A stretch of DNA of 38,247 bases from Actinomycetes bacterium (lineage in GTDB: Bacteria > Actinomycetota > Acidimicrobiia > Acidimicrobiales > JAMCPL01). Below are positions 1 to 7,693 of the stretch, one piece after another. The stretch's first letter is position 1. Each line of letters starts with the position of its first letter. Under the pieces are notes generated by a model. It did no database searches. It saw only the letters and a program-made list of their open reading frames with translations, and was not told where the DNA came from. The DNA is taken from NCBI GenBank assembly GCA_021846725.1, contig JAJZWK010000002.1, positions 1 to 38,247 on the forward strand, in the 5' to 3' direction. Both the position numbers and the translations under genes were made by a program.

Positions 1-2
1 TT

Positions 3-140
3 GAGAGAGGTGATGATGGCGTTACCCTGGATGACTTTGATGGGTGTATTCATGTATTTCAGCAATTTTCTCCTGATTCCCCAGAGGCTGTAGAGGCGCT
101 TGATAGGTTGGGTGGCTTCTTCAAGACCCATCTGGCCTGA
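3..140 (+). CDS. C-terminal end of an unidentified protein (partial; gene starts left of the window)
   Basis: Frame 3 is open from the window edge for 45 codons (...DDGVTLDDFDGCIHVFQQFSPDSPEAVEALDRLGGFFKTHLA) and ends at TGA 138-140. It is absent from the ORF track only because it has no start codon in the window. No family recognised. Confidence 0.3.
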   Translation, partial: ERGDDGVTLDDFDGCIHVFQQFSPDSPEAVEALDRLGGFFKTHLA

Positions 141-197
141 TCTGGCAACGATAGTTAATCGGTAGAGTTAAGCAAATAGCATACCACTAGCACCAAC

Positions 198-230
198 AGT
201 GCCCGCGACATTACAAGAGTGCCCTCGACA
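198..230. repeat. 13-nt direct repeat (1 mismatch, period 20) copying the 3' end of tRNA-Arg
   Basis: agtgcccgcgaca at 198-210 and agtgccctcgaca at 218-230. The second copy is the tRNA acceptor 3' strand plus 2 trailing nt. Confidence 0.85.
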
Positions 231-291
231 GGATTCGAACCTGCGCACCTGGCTCCGGAGGCCAGCGCTCTATCCCCTGAGCTACGAGGGC
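220..291 (-). tRNA. tRNA-Arg (anticodon CCG)
   Basis: The reverse complement folds as a 72-nt cloverleaf. Acceptor GCCCTCG/CGAGGGC; D arm GCTC-AGGGGATA-GAGC; anticodon arm CTGGC-CTCCGGA-GCCAG (anticodon CCG); T arm GCAGG-TTCGAAT-CCTGT; discriminator A. CCA is not encoded. Confidence 0.93.
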
Positions 292-403
292 ATCGTGGCC
301 CTGCTATGTGGTATAGTTCTGTACTTGCACTTTCTGCACTTGCATTGAGTCTTCAGGAGTAATGTCCACGGGCAGCCCGACCACGGGTTAGTATTATTAT
401 ACT

Positions 404-2035
404 ATGCGTGAAGACTTACAGCGATCTATCGCAACAGTGCTGTCGGAATTAGGGATAGATGTAGCTCCCAGTGATGTTGTTATGGAGCGTCCTTTAAGAA
501 TTGAACATGGCGACTGGTCGACCAATGCAGCCTTGGTGTATGCCAAGTTGCTTGGAAAGAACCCCAGAGATCTGGCAAATGAGATATGCGATAAGGTGGC
601 AGATAGCGGGTTACAATATCTTGAACGTGTCGAGGTGGCTGGACCTGGCTTTGTAAACTTCCATCTCTCAATTGGGTGGCTCCACGATATACTGCTTGAT
701 GTTATTGACAAGGGTGAAGAGGGATATGCGCGATTCGACTTTGGAGCATCCGAGAGAGTGAACTTAGAGTTTGTCTCTGCCAATCCTACCGGCCCTATCC
801 ATGTCGGCAATGGTTGGTGGGGAGCGTATGGAGATTCGCTGGGTAGGGTGATGGCAAGATGTGGCTATACCGTACACCGAGAGTATTACGTGAATGATAC
901 AGGACGGCAGGTCAGGATGTTGGGAGAGAGTGTGTTGGCTCGTAAATTTGACAGTGAGATTCCAGATGATGGGTACCAAGGGGAGTACGTATCTCGCCTC
1001 GCCAAAAGCTATTCTGGACCCGCAGATGCCATGGTTGCTGGTAAATGGGCATCGGAGATGATACTGGAGGAGATAAAGGATACATTGGCATCTATAGGGA
1101 TTGAATACGATGCTTGGTTCTCACAGGCATCCATAGAAGAATCGGGTGCACTCAATGAGACGATCAATGAATTGCGTATTAAGGGGCTTATCGAAGAGAG
1201 AGATGGAGCTACTTGGTTTATGTCTCACACTGCCGGACTGGGAGACTCTCGGGATAGGGTACTTGTAAGGTCTGATGGTACTCCTACTTACCTCGGTGGT
1301 GACTTGGCATACCATCGTAATAAATTCCTTGTCAGAGGGTTTGATCGCGTAATAGATATATTTGGGGCAGACCATCAGGGCCAAGTCGCAAGCCTGAAAT
1401 GTGGCATGGATGCCTTGGGGGTGGATACTAGTCGTTTGGAGATATTGATTGGGCAGATGATATCTCTTGTGGAGGGTGGCAAATCGGGAAAGATGTCGAA
1501 GAGGTTGGGTAACTTTGTCTCGCTGGACGAATTGATTGAGGATTTAGGCTCTGATGCAGTTAGATTGTTGGCACTTATGGGTTCGCTGGACCAGGCGAAC
1601 ACCCTTGATCTGGATGTGGTAAGGAGCCAGTCCATGGAGAATCCTGTTTATTACATTCAATATGCTTATGCCAGGATATGTTCCCTGGAAAGAGTGCGTG
1701 AAGAGCGGTCTATTGAACGTGTACCCATAGAGAATGTCGACCTTGGTGTGCTATCGCATCCTCGCGAATTGGAGTTATTGAGGGTGCTGGAGACTATGCC
1801 TGATACGGTCAGAGAGGCATGTGAGGAGAGAGCGCCACATAAGGTAACCGCGTGGGTGAGGAAGTTGGCTGCTGCTTTTCATGGTTTTTATCACGATTGT
1901 CCGATTCTGTTTCAAGATCCAGACCAGGATGACTCCGCACTTATGCAGGCCAGGTTGTGGTTGGTAGAGGCATGTAGGGTTGCCTCGGTCATTGCGTTTT
2001 CATTGCTTGGCGTATCGACACTAGAGCGTATGTAG
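404..2035 (+). CDS. argS: arginine--tRNA ligase
   Basis: 543-aa ORF with class I synthetase signatures: HIGH-type SANPTGPIHVGNG and KMSK-type GKMSKRLG. The C-terminal anticodon-binding region ends ...LGVSTLERM, as ArgRS does. No Shine-Dalgarno is visible; TATTAT at 393-398 sits 5 nt before the ATG, so the mRNA may be leaderless. Confidence 0.97.
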   Translation: MREDLQRSIATVLSELGIDVAPSDVVMERPLRIEHGDWSTNAALVYAKLLGKNPRDLANEICDKVADSGLQYLERVEVAGPGFVNFHLSIGWLHDILLDVIDKGEEGYARFDFGASERVNLEFVSANPTGPIHVGNGWWGAYGDSLGRVMARCGYTVHREYYVNDTGRQVRMLGESVLARKFDSEIPDDGYQGEYVSRLAKSYSGPADAMVAGKWASEMILEEIKDTLASIGIEYDAWFSQASIEESGALNETINELRIKGLIEERDGATWFMSHTAGLGDSRDRVLVRSDGTPTYLGGDLAYHRNKFLVRGFDRVIDIFGADHQGQVASLKCGMDALGVDTSRLEILIGQMISLVEGGKSGKMSKRLGNFVSLDELIEDLGSDAVRLLALMGSLDQANTLDLDVVRSQSMENPVYYIQYAYARICSLERVREERSIERVPIENVDLGVLSHPRELELLRVLETMPDTVREACEERAPHKVTAWVRKLAAAFHGFYHDCPILFQDPDQDDSALMQARLWLVEACRVASVIAFSLLGVSTLERM

Positions 2036-2055
2036 CGAGTTCTGGAGTAGATGGA

Positions 2056-3372
2056 GTGGATATGCTTGTAAATTCCGGCCCGATTTCTCATCATTTACTT
2101 CCTATGAATGCTGTTGTGGAAGGAGATGGAATGCTCAGTGTGGGTGGTGTCAGGCTCGATTATCTGGCACGCACATTTGGTACTCCGCTATTTGTCTATG
2201 ATGAAGGGCACTTACGTAGTCGTTGTAGAGAGGCATTATCGGCATGGGGCACAGGTGTGGCTTATGCCTCTAAGGCGTTTATGTGTAAAGCTATGGCCCG
2301 TTTAGCCTACGATGAGGGTATGCGTATTGATGTGGCGAGTGGTGGTGAGATGCACGTAGCTGTCAGTGCTGGGGTATCACCCTCTCATCTCATATTCCAC
2401 GGCAATAATAAGTCGGAGCAGGAGTTATTATGGGCATTTGAGTACGGAGTGGGTAGTATAGTAGTCGATTCATTCGACGAATTGAGACGCATAGCTAAGA
2501 TTGCACCACGATTTACAGATAGGCGAACCTCGGGGCAGGCTTTGATGATCCGGATCAACCCGGGTATAGAAGCTCATACTCATGAGTTCGTAAAGACTGG
2601 ACAAGTGGACTCCAAGTTCGGACTTTCTATTTCCAATGCCATGGAAGCAGTTCGTGCAATCAATGGTATGGATGGCGTATTCCTGTCAGGTATACATTCT
2701 CATATAGGGTCACAGATATTCAATGTGCATCACTTTGAAGAGGAGATAAGGATACTGGTTGATCTTGCTGGTAATATTATGACTACTCCGAGAGAGGGTG
2801 GTTATGATGAATTCGAACTGTGTATAGGTGGCGGATTAGGGGTCGCCTACCTATCGGATGAGAGGGCACCAAGTATTACCGAATGGGCTGAAACGGTCAA
2901 GGCCGTCGTTGCACCTTCGAGATTGCACATTACGGCCGAGCCCGGACGGTCAATAGTAGCAACTGCAGGTATGACGATCTATAGTGTTGGTACTGTCAAA
3001 GATATACCGGGTGTCCGTACTTATCTATCCGTGGATGGTGGCATGAGTGATAATCCGAGGCCGGTTCTTTACGGTAGCGGATATGAGGCTTTTATTGCCA
3101 GGGAGGTAAATGCAGAAAGGAGCAGGTCGGTAAGGGTTGTTGGAAAGCACTGTGAATCAGGTGACATACTTATATCAGATGCTCAATTGCCTGAAGATGT
3201 GAGTGTAGATGATCTTCTTGTAGTTCCAGTGACAGGTGCATACGGTTATTCCATGGCATCAAATTACAATAAAGTTCCCCGTCCACCGGTGGTATTTGTT
3301 TCTTCAGGGGATGCCAGGTTGGTTATCAGGGGAGAGACCTTGGATGATATGTGTCGATTGGATGTCCTGTGA
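2056..3372 (+). CDS. lysA: diaminopimelate decarboxylase
   Basis: 438-aa ORF with a GTG start and GGAG 8 nt upstream. Fold-type III PLP decarboxylase pattern: YASKAF with the PLP lysine, GGGLGV, EPGRSIVA, CESGD. It occupies the lysA position after argS. Confidence 0.96.
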   Translation: MDMLVNSGPISHHLLPMNAVVEGDGMLSVGGVRLDYLARTFGTPLFVYDEGHLRSRCREALSAWGTGVAYASKAFMCKAMARLAYDEGMRIDVASGGEMHVAVSAGVSPSHLIFHGNNKSEQELLWAFEYGVGSIVVDSFDELRRIAKIAPRFTDRRTSGQALMIRINPGIEAHTHEFVKTGQVDSKFGLSISNAMEAVRAINGMDGVFLSGIHSHIGSQIFNVHHFEEEIRILVDLAGNIMTTPREGGYDEFELCIGGGLGVAYLSDERAPSITEWAETVKAVVAPSRLHITAEPGRSIVATAGMTIYSVGTVKDIPGVRTYLSVDGGMSDNPRPVLYGSGYEAFIAREVNAERSRSVRVVGKHCESGDILISDAQLPEDVSVDDLLVVPVTGAYGYSMASNYNKVPRPPVVFVSSGDARLVIRGETLDDMCRLDVL

Positions 3373-3409
3373 ACGTACAGGATCATGACCTACAGAGAGT
3401 TCACAAACA

Positions 3410-4891
3410 ATGATAGGTAATGGAACATATCCAATTAGCCCTGAGGCAGAAGACCAAAGTGCAGTGAAGAACCAGCATATAGTACAGGATCGAGACAAGG
3501 GGTCACAACTGCATGATGATAGAGCTGTCAAGGCGATGGCAGGTTTTAGTGAGCTGCTGGATAGCATCGACTACGCTGGACTGCACCGTGCTGTAATGGG
3601 GCATCCATTGCTTGCTCCAGATCCGCCACTATCGAGATGGAGGGCTATGCAATTACCCCTCCCGGAAAGAAATATCATTATGGGGTATGGTTTTGGTGAT
3701 CCTATCGTTGAAGGATGGAGAGACCCAAGATCAAAGTCAGTAGCTGATGAATTTGTCGAGTCCGGTATAGCATCTGTAGATGATCAGGGATGGCATACTG
3801 ATGGTTGGGTGGTAGTACCTTACGATGGAGGGTACTTGTTGGTAGATCGTTTCGCTCCTTATGGCGGAAATGACATTCGCGTATACTTGGGGAACGACTC
3901 ACTAATACTGGCGAATATGATCAGGCGTAGGAGGGGAATAAGAATGCTTGACCTTGGGGCAGGCTCGGGGATATACGGGCTACTATGTGCGGGGCATGAC
4001 AGCTTGGCTACCCTGACGGATATCGATTGGCGTGCGGTAGACTTTTGCCGATTGAACGAAGCTTTGAATCGATCGACAGGCAGAGTAACCCATTTTGTGA
4101 GGGTGCTTCAAGGAGATATATTTGAACCAGTGAAGGGCGAGAGATTCGATTTAGTAGTTTCCTTGCCTCCCTACGTTCCGAGCCTGAGCGAGGAGCAGTT
4201 GTATATGTTTGCCAATGGTGGAGAAAATGGCATTTCTGTGATAAGGCGTATTATAGAAGAGGTACCCAGCTATCTGAACGAACAGGGTGAGTTGATGATA
4301 CTGGTTCAGGCTATGTTAGACCAGGAAGGTAAGCCCCTTTTTTATGAGTCTATGGAATATAGCGAGAGAGTCGATCTGGATATACATATGACGCTTTTCG
4401 ACTTGCACTATCTCTGGCCATATGCTGTGGAACTCGCGGGAGAGTTGGTTGGTATATCCGGAGGTGATCAGAGAGTACAGCAGAAAATGGCAGAGGATAT
4501 GGTTCACTCATGGCGAAGTAACGGGGCTTATTGCGTTGGCAGTATCATATTGCGGGCAGTACGGAACAAATTCAATCATCAGATCACCATGCTTTATGCT
4601 GAACCAATTTGGTCATATTATGATATCCCTCTGCTGGACAGGGCAAGGTTGGTGCAATCCTCTGATCATTTTACGCTCGTAGCTGCTGATGGTAGAATGA
4701 CTACCTTGGATCCATCTATGGTTAAGCTAATTGAGCAATTTGACGGAAGTCGCAATCTCTATGATGCTGTGTCTCTTGCATGGCCTCGATCGTCCCCCGA
4801 TGCAGGAATGTCGTTACTAGATGTCGCAATGGAGAAGTGTTCTGAACTGGAGAAGGCTGGCATGCTGTCCAGGGGGAGGTATCGGGAATGA
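3410..4891 (+). CDS. class I SAM-dependent methyltransferase with N- and C-terminal extensions (HemK-like core, PqqD/RRE-like tail)
   Basis: 493-aa ORF. SAM motif I is MLDLGAGSGIYGL. Motif IV is VVSLPPYVP, i.e. PPY preceded by Leu instead of N/D/S. The C-terminal ~70 aa (TLDPSMVKLIEQFDGSRNLYDAVSLAW...CSELEKAGML) resemble PqqD-like winged-helix domains. The start codon is uncertain. Confidence 0.75.
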   Translation: MIGNGTYPISPEAEDQSAVKNQHIVQDRDKGSQLHDDRAVKAMAGFSELLDSIDYAGLHRAVMGHPLLAPDPPLSRWRAMQLPLPERNIIMGYGFGDPIVEGWRDPRSKSVADEFVESGIASVDDQGWHTDGWVVVPYDGGYLLVDRFAPYGGNDIRVYLGNDSLILANMIRRRRGIRMLDLGAGSGIYGLLCAGHDSLATLTDIDWRAVDFCRLNEALNRSTGRVTHFVRVLQGDIFEPVKGERFDLVVSLPPYVPSLSEEQLYMFANGGENGISVIRRIIEEVPSYLNEQGELMILVQAMLDQEGKPLFYESMEYSERVDLDIHMTLFDLHYLWPYAVELAGELVGISGGDQRVQQKMAEDMVHSWRSNGAYCVGSIILRAVRNKFNHQITMLYAEPIWSYYDIPLLDRARLVQSSDHFTLVAADGRMTTLDPSMVKLIEQFDGSRNLYDAVSLAWPRSSPDAGMSLLDVAMEKCSELEKAGMLSRGRYRE

Positions 4892-4912
4892 TGTGGAAGA
4901 TGGTGGGTATAG

Positions 4913-5830
4913 ATGAATAAGATACGGTGTGTCATATTGGGATGTGGCAATGTAGGCTCTGCTTTGGTGTCCCAGCTGATTATAGGTCACGATGACATTG
5001 TGGAGCGTACTGGTGTGGATATTGAGATTGCTGGTATTGCGGTCAGAGATGTCGCCAAGCACAGGGATGCCAAACACGCCTATATCGATGGGTCGCTTTT
5101 TACGGATGATCCATTTGCTCTTGTGAATGACAGCTCAGTGGATATAGTGGTGGAGTTGATCGGTGGTACGGATCCGGCATCACAGTTAATCGATAGAGCT
5201 ATCGAGACGGGTAAATCGGTCGTGAGTGCTAACAAGGAATTATTGGCTAGGCGGGGTAGTGACCTTGTTTCTGCGGCGGCTTCGGCAGGTGTAGAGCTAT
5301 TGTATGAGGCTGCTGTTGCTGGTGCGATACCAGTGGTACGCCTTCTTGCGGAGTCTCTTGCTGCTGAGCAGCTTTACAGGGTGTCAGGTATTGTGAATGG
5401 TACGACCAATTTCGTTCTGTCGGCGATGTCCGAAGAGGGAGTAGATTATCATGAAGCGCTTGAAGAAGCGCAACGTCTTGGTCTAGCTGAAAGCGATCCA
5501 AGTGCAGATGTAGATGGGTATGATGCGGCTGCAAAGGCTGCTATTTTGGCTAGTATCGCTTATCGTTGTGATGTACGGCTTGACGATGTAGCACGTGAAG
5601 GTATTACAAGGGTACGTGCCGAAGACGTGCAATACGCTAGGCAGCTTGGTTATATTATAAAGCTACTGGCGGTTACGGAGTTAAATCAGAAGAGCCGGTC
5701 TCATGCATCTGGAAGTCAGGTATCTCAAGTACCTTCAGTACCTCAAGTGTCCGTAAGAGTCTATCCTGCCATGGTGCCTATCTCTCACCACTTGCCTCTG
5801 TTCGTGGTGCGCATAATGCTGTATTCATAG
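4913..5830 (+). CDS. hom: homoserine dehydrogenase, N-terminal part (gene interrupted by a 1-nt frameshift near 5788)
   Basis: MNKIRCVILGCGNVGS is a Rossmann GxGxxG motif, followed by the catalytic-domain motifs ANKELLA and IVNGTTNF. Similarity to Hom ends at ...VYPAMVPISH, after which the frame gives 14 unrelated codons and a stop. Confidence 0.85.
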   Translation: MNKIRCVILGCGNVGSALVSQLIIGHDDIVERTGVDIEIAGIAVRDVAKHRDAKHAYIDGSLFTDDPFALVNDSSVDIVVELIGGTDPASQLIDRAIETGKSVVSANKELLARRGSDLVSAAASAGVELLYEAAVAGAIPVVRLLAESLAAEQLYRVSGIVNGTTNFVLSAMSEEGVDYHEALEEAQRLGLAESDPSADVDGYDAAAKAAILASIAYRCDVRLDDVAREGITRVRAEDVQYARQLGYIIKLLAVTELNQKSRSHASGSQVSQVPSVPQVSVRVYPAMVPISHHLPLFVVRIMLYS

Positions 5831-5853
5831 AAGGGGAGAGGTGCGGTGAAATA

Positions 5854-6279
5854 ATGCTTTATGGGCAGGGGGCCGGGGGAGTACCTACAGCGTCAGCGGT
5901 AATGGGCGATCTCGTTGATGCTGCTGTCAAGAGGCTGGCGGGACATCAGCCCTATGTTAGTATGGTGCCAGCAAGGGAGCTGGTCCCTCGAGCATACGTG
6001 ATTCCGCCGTCTGAGCTCAGGTGTGCATGGTATATAAACATGGATGTAAGAGATCAGCCGGGTGTGTTGGCCGCTGTGGCTCATGTATTTGGTGATAATG
6101 GAGTTTCGATTCGTTCAATGGAACAGGTAGGTCTAGGTAGTGAGGCAAGACTGATATTCGTCACCCATGAAGCTAGGGAGGGTGATATAGATAAAACGCT
6201 GGAAGAGCTGCATGGTCTTGGTGCAGTTGAGAATATAGGTGGCATCTTACGTGTTTTTGGAGAGGGCCAAACGAGATGA
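5854..6279 (+). CDS. hom: homoserine dehydrogenase, C-terminal part (catalytic-domain end plus ACT domain)
   Basis: The track ORF starts at MLYGQGAGGVPTASAVMGDL. The same frame is Hom-like back to about 5788 (PLASVRGAHNAVFIEGERCGEIMLYGQGAGG). An ACT-like regulatory domain follows (YINMDVRDQPGVLAAVAHVFGDNGVSIRSM). Confidence 0.85.
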   Translation: MLYGQGAGGVPTASAVMGDLVDAAVKRLAGHQPYVSMVPARELVPRAYVIPPSELRCAWYINMDVRDQPGVLAAVAHVFGDNGVSIRSMEQVGLGSEARLIFVTHEAREGDIDKTLEELHGLGAVENIGGILRVFGEGQTR

Positions 6280-6304
6280 GTTCCATGAGGCTGGGTAGAT
6301 TGTT

Positions 6305-7354
6305 ATGTCCTTGATGCAGGGTTGGCGAGGAGTTATAGAGGCATACCGTCCTTACCTGCCGGTTTCGGATAGTACACCTGTTGTCACCTTGCTAGAGGGT
6401 AGTACTCCTCTGCTTGAAGCTCCACGACTGTCCAAGAGGCTTGATTGTCAGGTGTGGCTAAAGTTGGAAGGCATGAATCCGACAGGATCCTTCAAGGATA
6501 GGGGCATGACTATGGCTATGTCTAAGGCTATGGAGGATTCAAGTAAGGCCGTAATATGTGCTTCTACCGGTAATACTTCTGCTTCTGCGGCGGCTTATGC
6601 AGCTAGAGCCGGTATTACATGTGTCGTCCTTATTCCTGAAGGTCACATAGCCTTGGGTAAATTGGCGCAGGCACTAGTTCACGGAGCTCGAGTATTACAG
6701 GTGAGGGGCAATTTTGACGAGGCGCTTACAGTAGTCAGAGAGATCGGGGATAATTATCCTGTAACGATCGTTAATTCGATTAACCCGTACCGCATAGAAG
6801 GACAGAAGACAGCAGCGTTTGAAATTTGCGATACTTTGGGAGAGGCTCCCGACTTTCACTTTTTACCGGTTGGCAATGCTGGCAATATAACTGCTTACTG
6901 GAAGGGTTACAAGGAGTATTTTGAAGCGGGTCGTATCAGTCGCCTACCTGCAATGATGGGGTTTCAAGCGGAAGGGGCAGCACCTATAGTGCTTGGTCAT
7001 CCGATAGACAGGCCGGAGACGGTGGCCACGGCGATAAGGATCGGCAATCCTGCTTCTTGGCAGGGGGCGTTGCATGCTGCATCGGAATCCAAGGGGAGCA
7101 TTGCTATGGTTAGCGATAAGGAGATTCTTGCTGCGTACAAGTTACTCGCTACCGAAGAATCTGTCTTTTGTGAGGCTGCTTCTGCTGCATCTGTTGCAGG
7201 TCTGTTAAAGTCAAATATACCATCGGGTTCTTTGGTTGTGTGTATATTGACTGGTCACGGATTAAAGGATCCTGACTTAGCTATCAGCCAGATAGAGGTA
7301 CCGAAGCCGGTGGATGCTACCAAAGATGCAGTACTGGAAGCGCTGGAGTTGTAG
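6305..7354 (+). CDS. thrC: threonine synthase
   Basis: 349-aa ORF with the PLP-lysine motif [10 protein letters not shown], the glycine loop [15 protein letters not shown], and the gene position after hom. Confidence 0.96.
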   Translation: MSLMQGWRGVIEAYRPYLPVSDSTPVVTLLEGSTPLLEAPRLSKRLDCQVWLKLEGMNPTGSFKDRGMTMAMSKAMEDSSKAVICASTGNTSASAAAYAARAGITCVVLIPEGHIALGKLAQALVHGARVLQVRGNFDEALTVVREIGDNYPVTIVNSINPYRIEGQKTAAFEICDTLGEAPDFHFLPVGNAGNITAYWKGYKEYFEAGRISRLPAMMGFQAEGAAPIVLGHPIDRPETVATAIRIGNPASWQGALHAASESKGSIAMVSDKEILAAYKLLATEESVFCEAASAASVAGLLKSNIPSGSLVVCILTGHGLKDPDLAISQIEVPKPVDATKDAVLEALEL

Positions 7355-7410
7355 TGCTTCGTTTCGCAAGTAACTACTGTTCTCCACCTTGCCTTTGCCG
7401 GAATGAACAG

Positions 7411-7433
7411 TCTTCTGATCTTTCTTCTGATCT
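7411..7433. repeat. 11-nt direct repeat (period 12) in the thrC-rho spacer
   Basis: tcttctgatct at 7411-7421 and again at 7423-7433. Confidence 0.9.
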
Positions 7434-7478
7434 TATTTGCTTATTTGGTGAGTTTATTACGGGACAAGCCACTAATAC

Positions 7479-7507
7479 TTGCACGCCCTCTCGAATTGGT
7501 GTATTAT
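7479..7507 (+). promoter_or_regulatory. candidate sigma-70/SigA-type promoter for rho
   Basis: TTGCAC (7479-7484), a 17-nt spacer, then TATTAT (7502-7507). This would give a leader of about 180 nt before the rho GTG. Motif match only. Confidence 0.3.
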
Positions 7508-7693
7508 ACAATTATCCGTTGCTAAATAATCTGTGTGGCGGTATATTCAAGCGGTACAAGCTCATTCAATAGGGTCGTGTATGCCTGGATCGGCGAGATG
7601 ATCGTATGTCAATGTGGAATGTCGTCAAAACGACAATCTTCAGAATGATTTTTGCAATGAGCAGTATATGAAATGATGAGGTGAAACAACCAA

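Noticed and set aside
198-291. The duplicated tRNA-Arg 3' end could be an attL/attR signature of an integrated element. The same question arises for tRNA-Gly at 25028-25163.
   Set aside because: The copies are only 20 nt apart with nothing between them. There is no integrase, excisionase or foreign-looking gene block next to either tRNA, and the flanking genes are core housekeeping.
292-403. T-box or other riboswitch leader upstream of argS.
   Set aside because: The spacer is only 112 nt and is shared with the divergent tRNA. I can find no specifier-loop or terminator-antiterminator architecture, and argS looks leaderless.
5780-5830. Programmed ribosomal frameshift in hom.
   Set aside because: There is no slippery X-XXY-YYZ heptamer and no obvious downstream stimulatory structure. 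A single missing C in a short C run is the simpler explanation.
7354-7572. 72-aa ORF after thrC as a thrB remnant or small protein.
   Set aside because: It has no GHMP-kinase motifs, a Cys/Leu/Ser-rich composition and no ribosome-binding site, and it overlaps promoter-like and repeat sequence.
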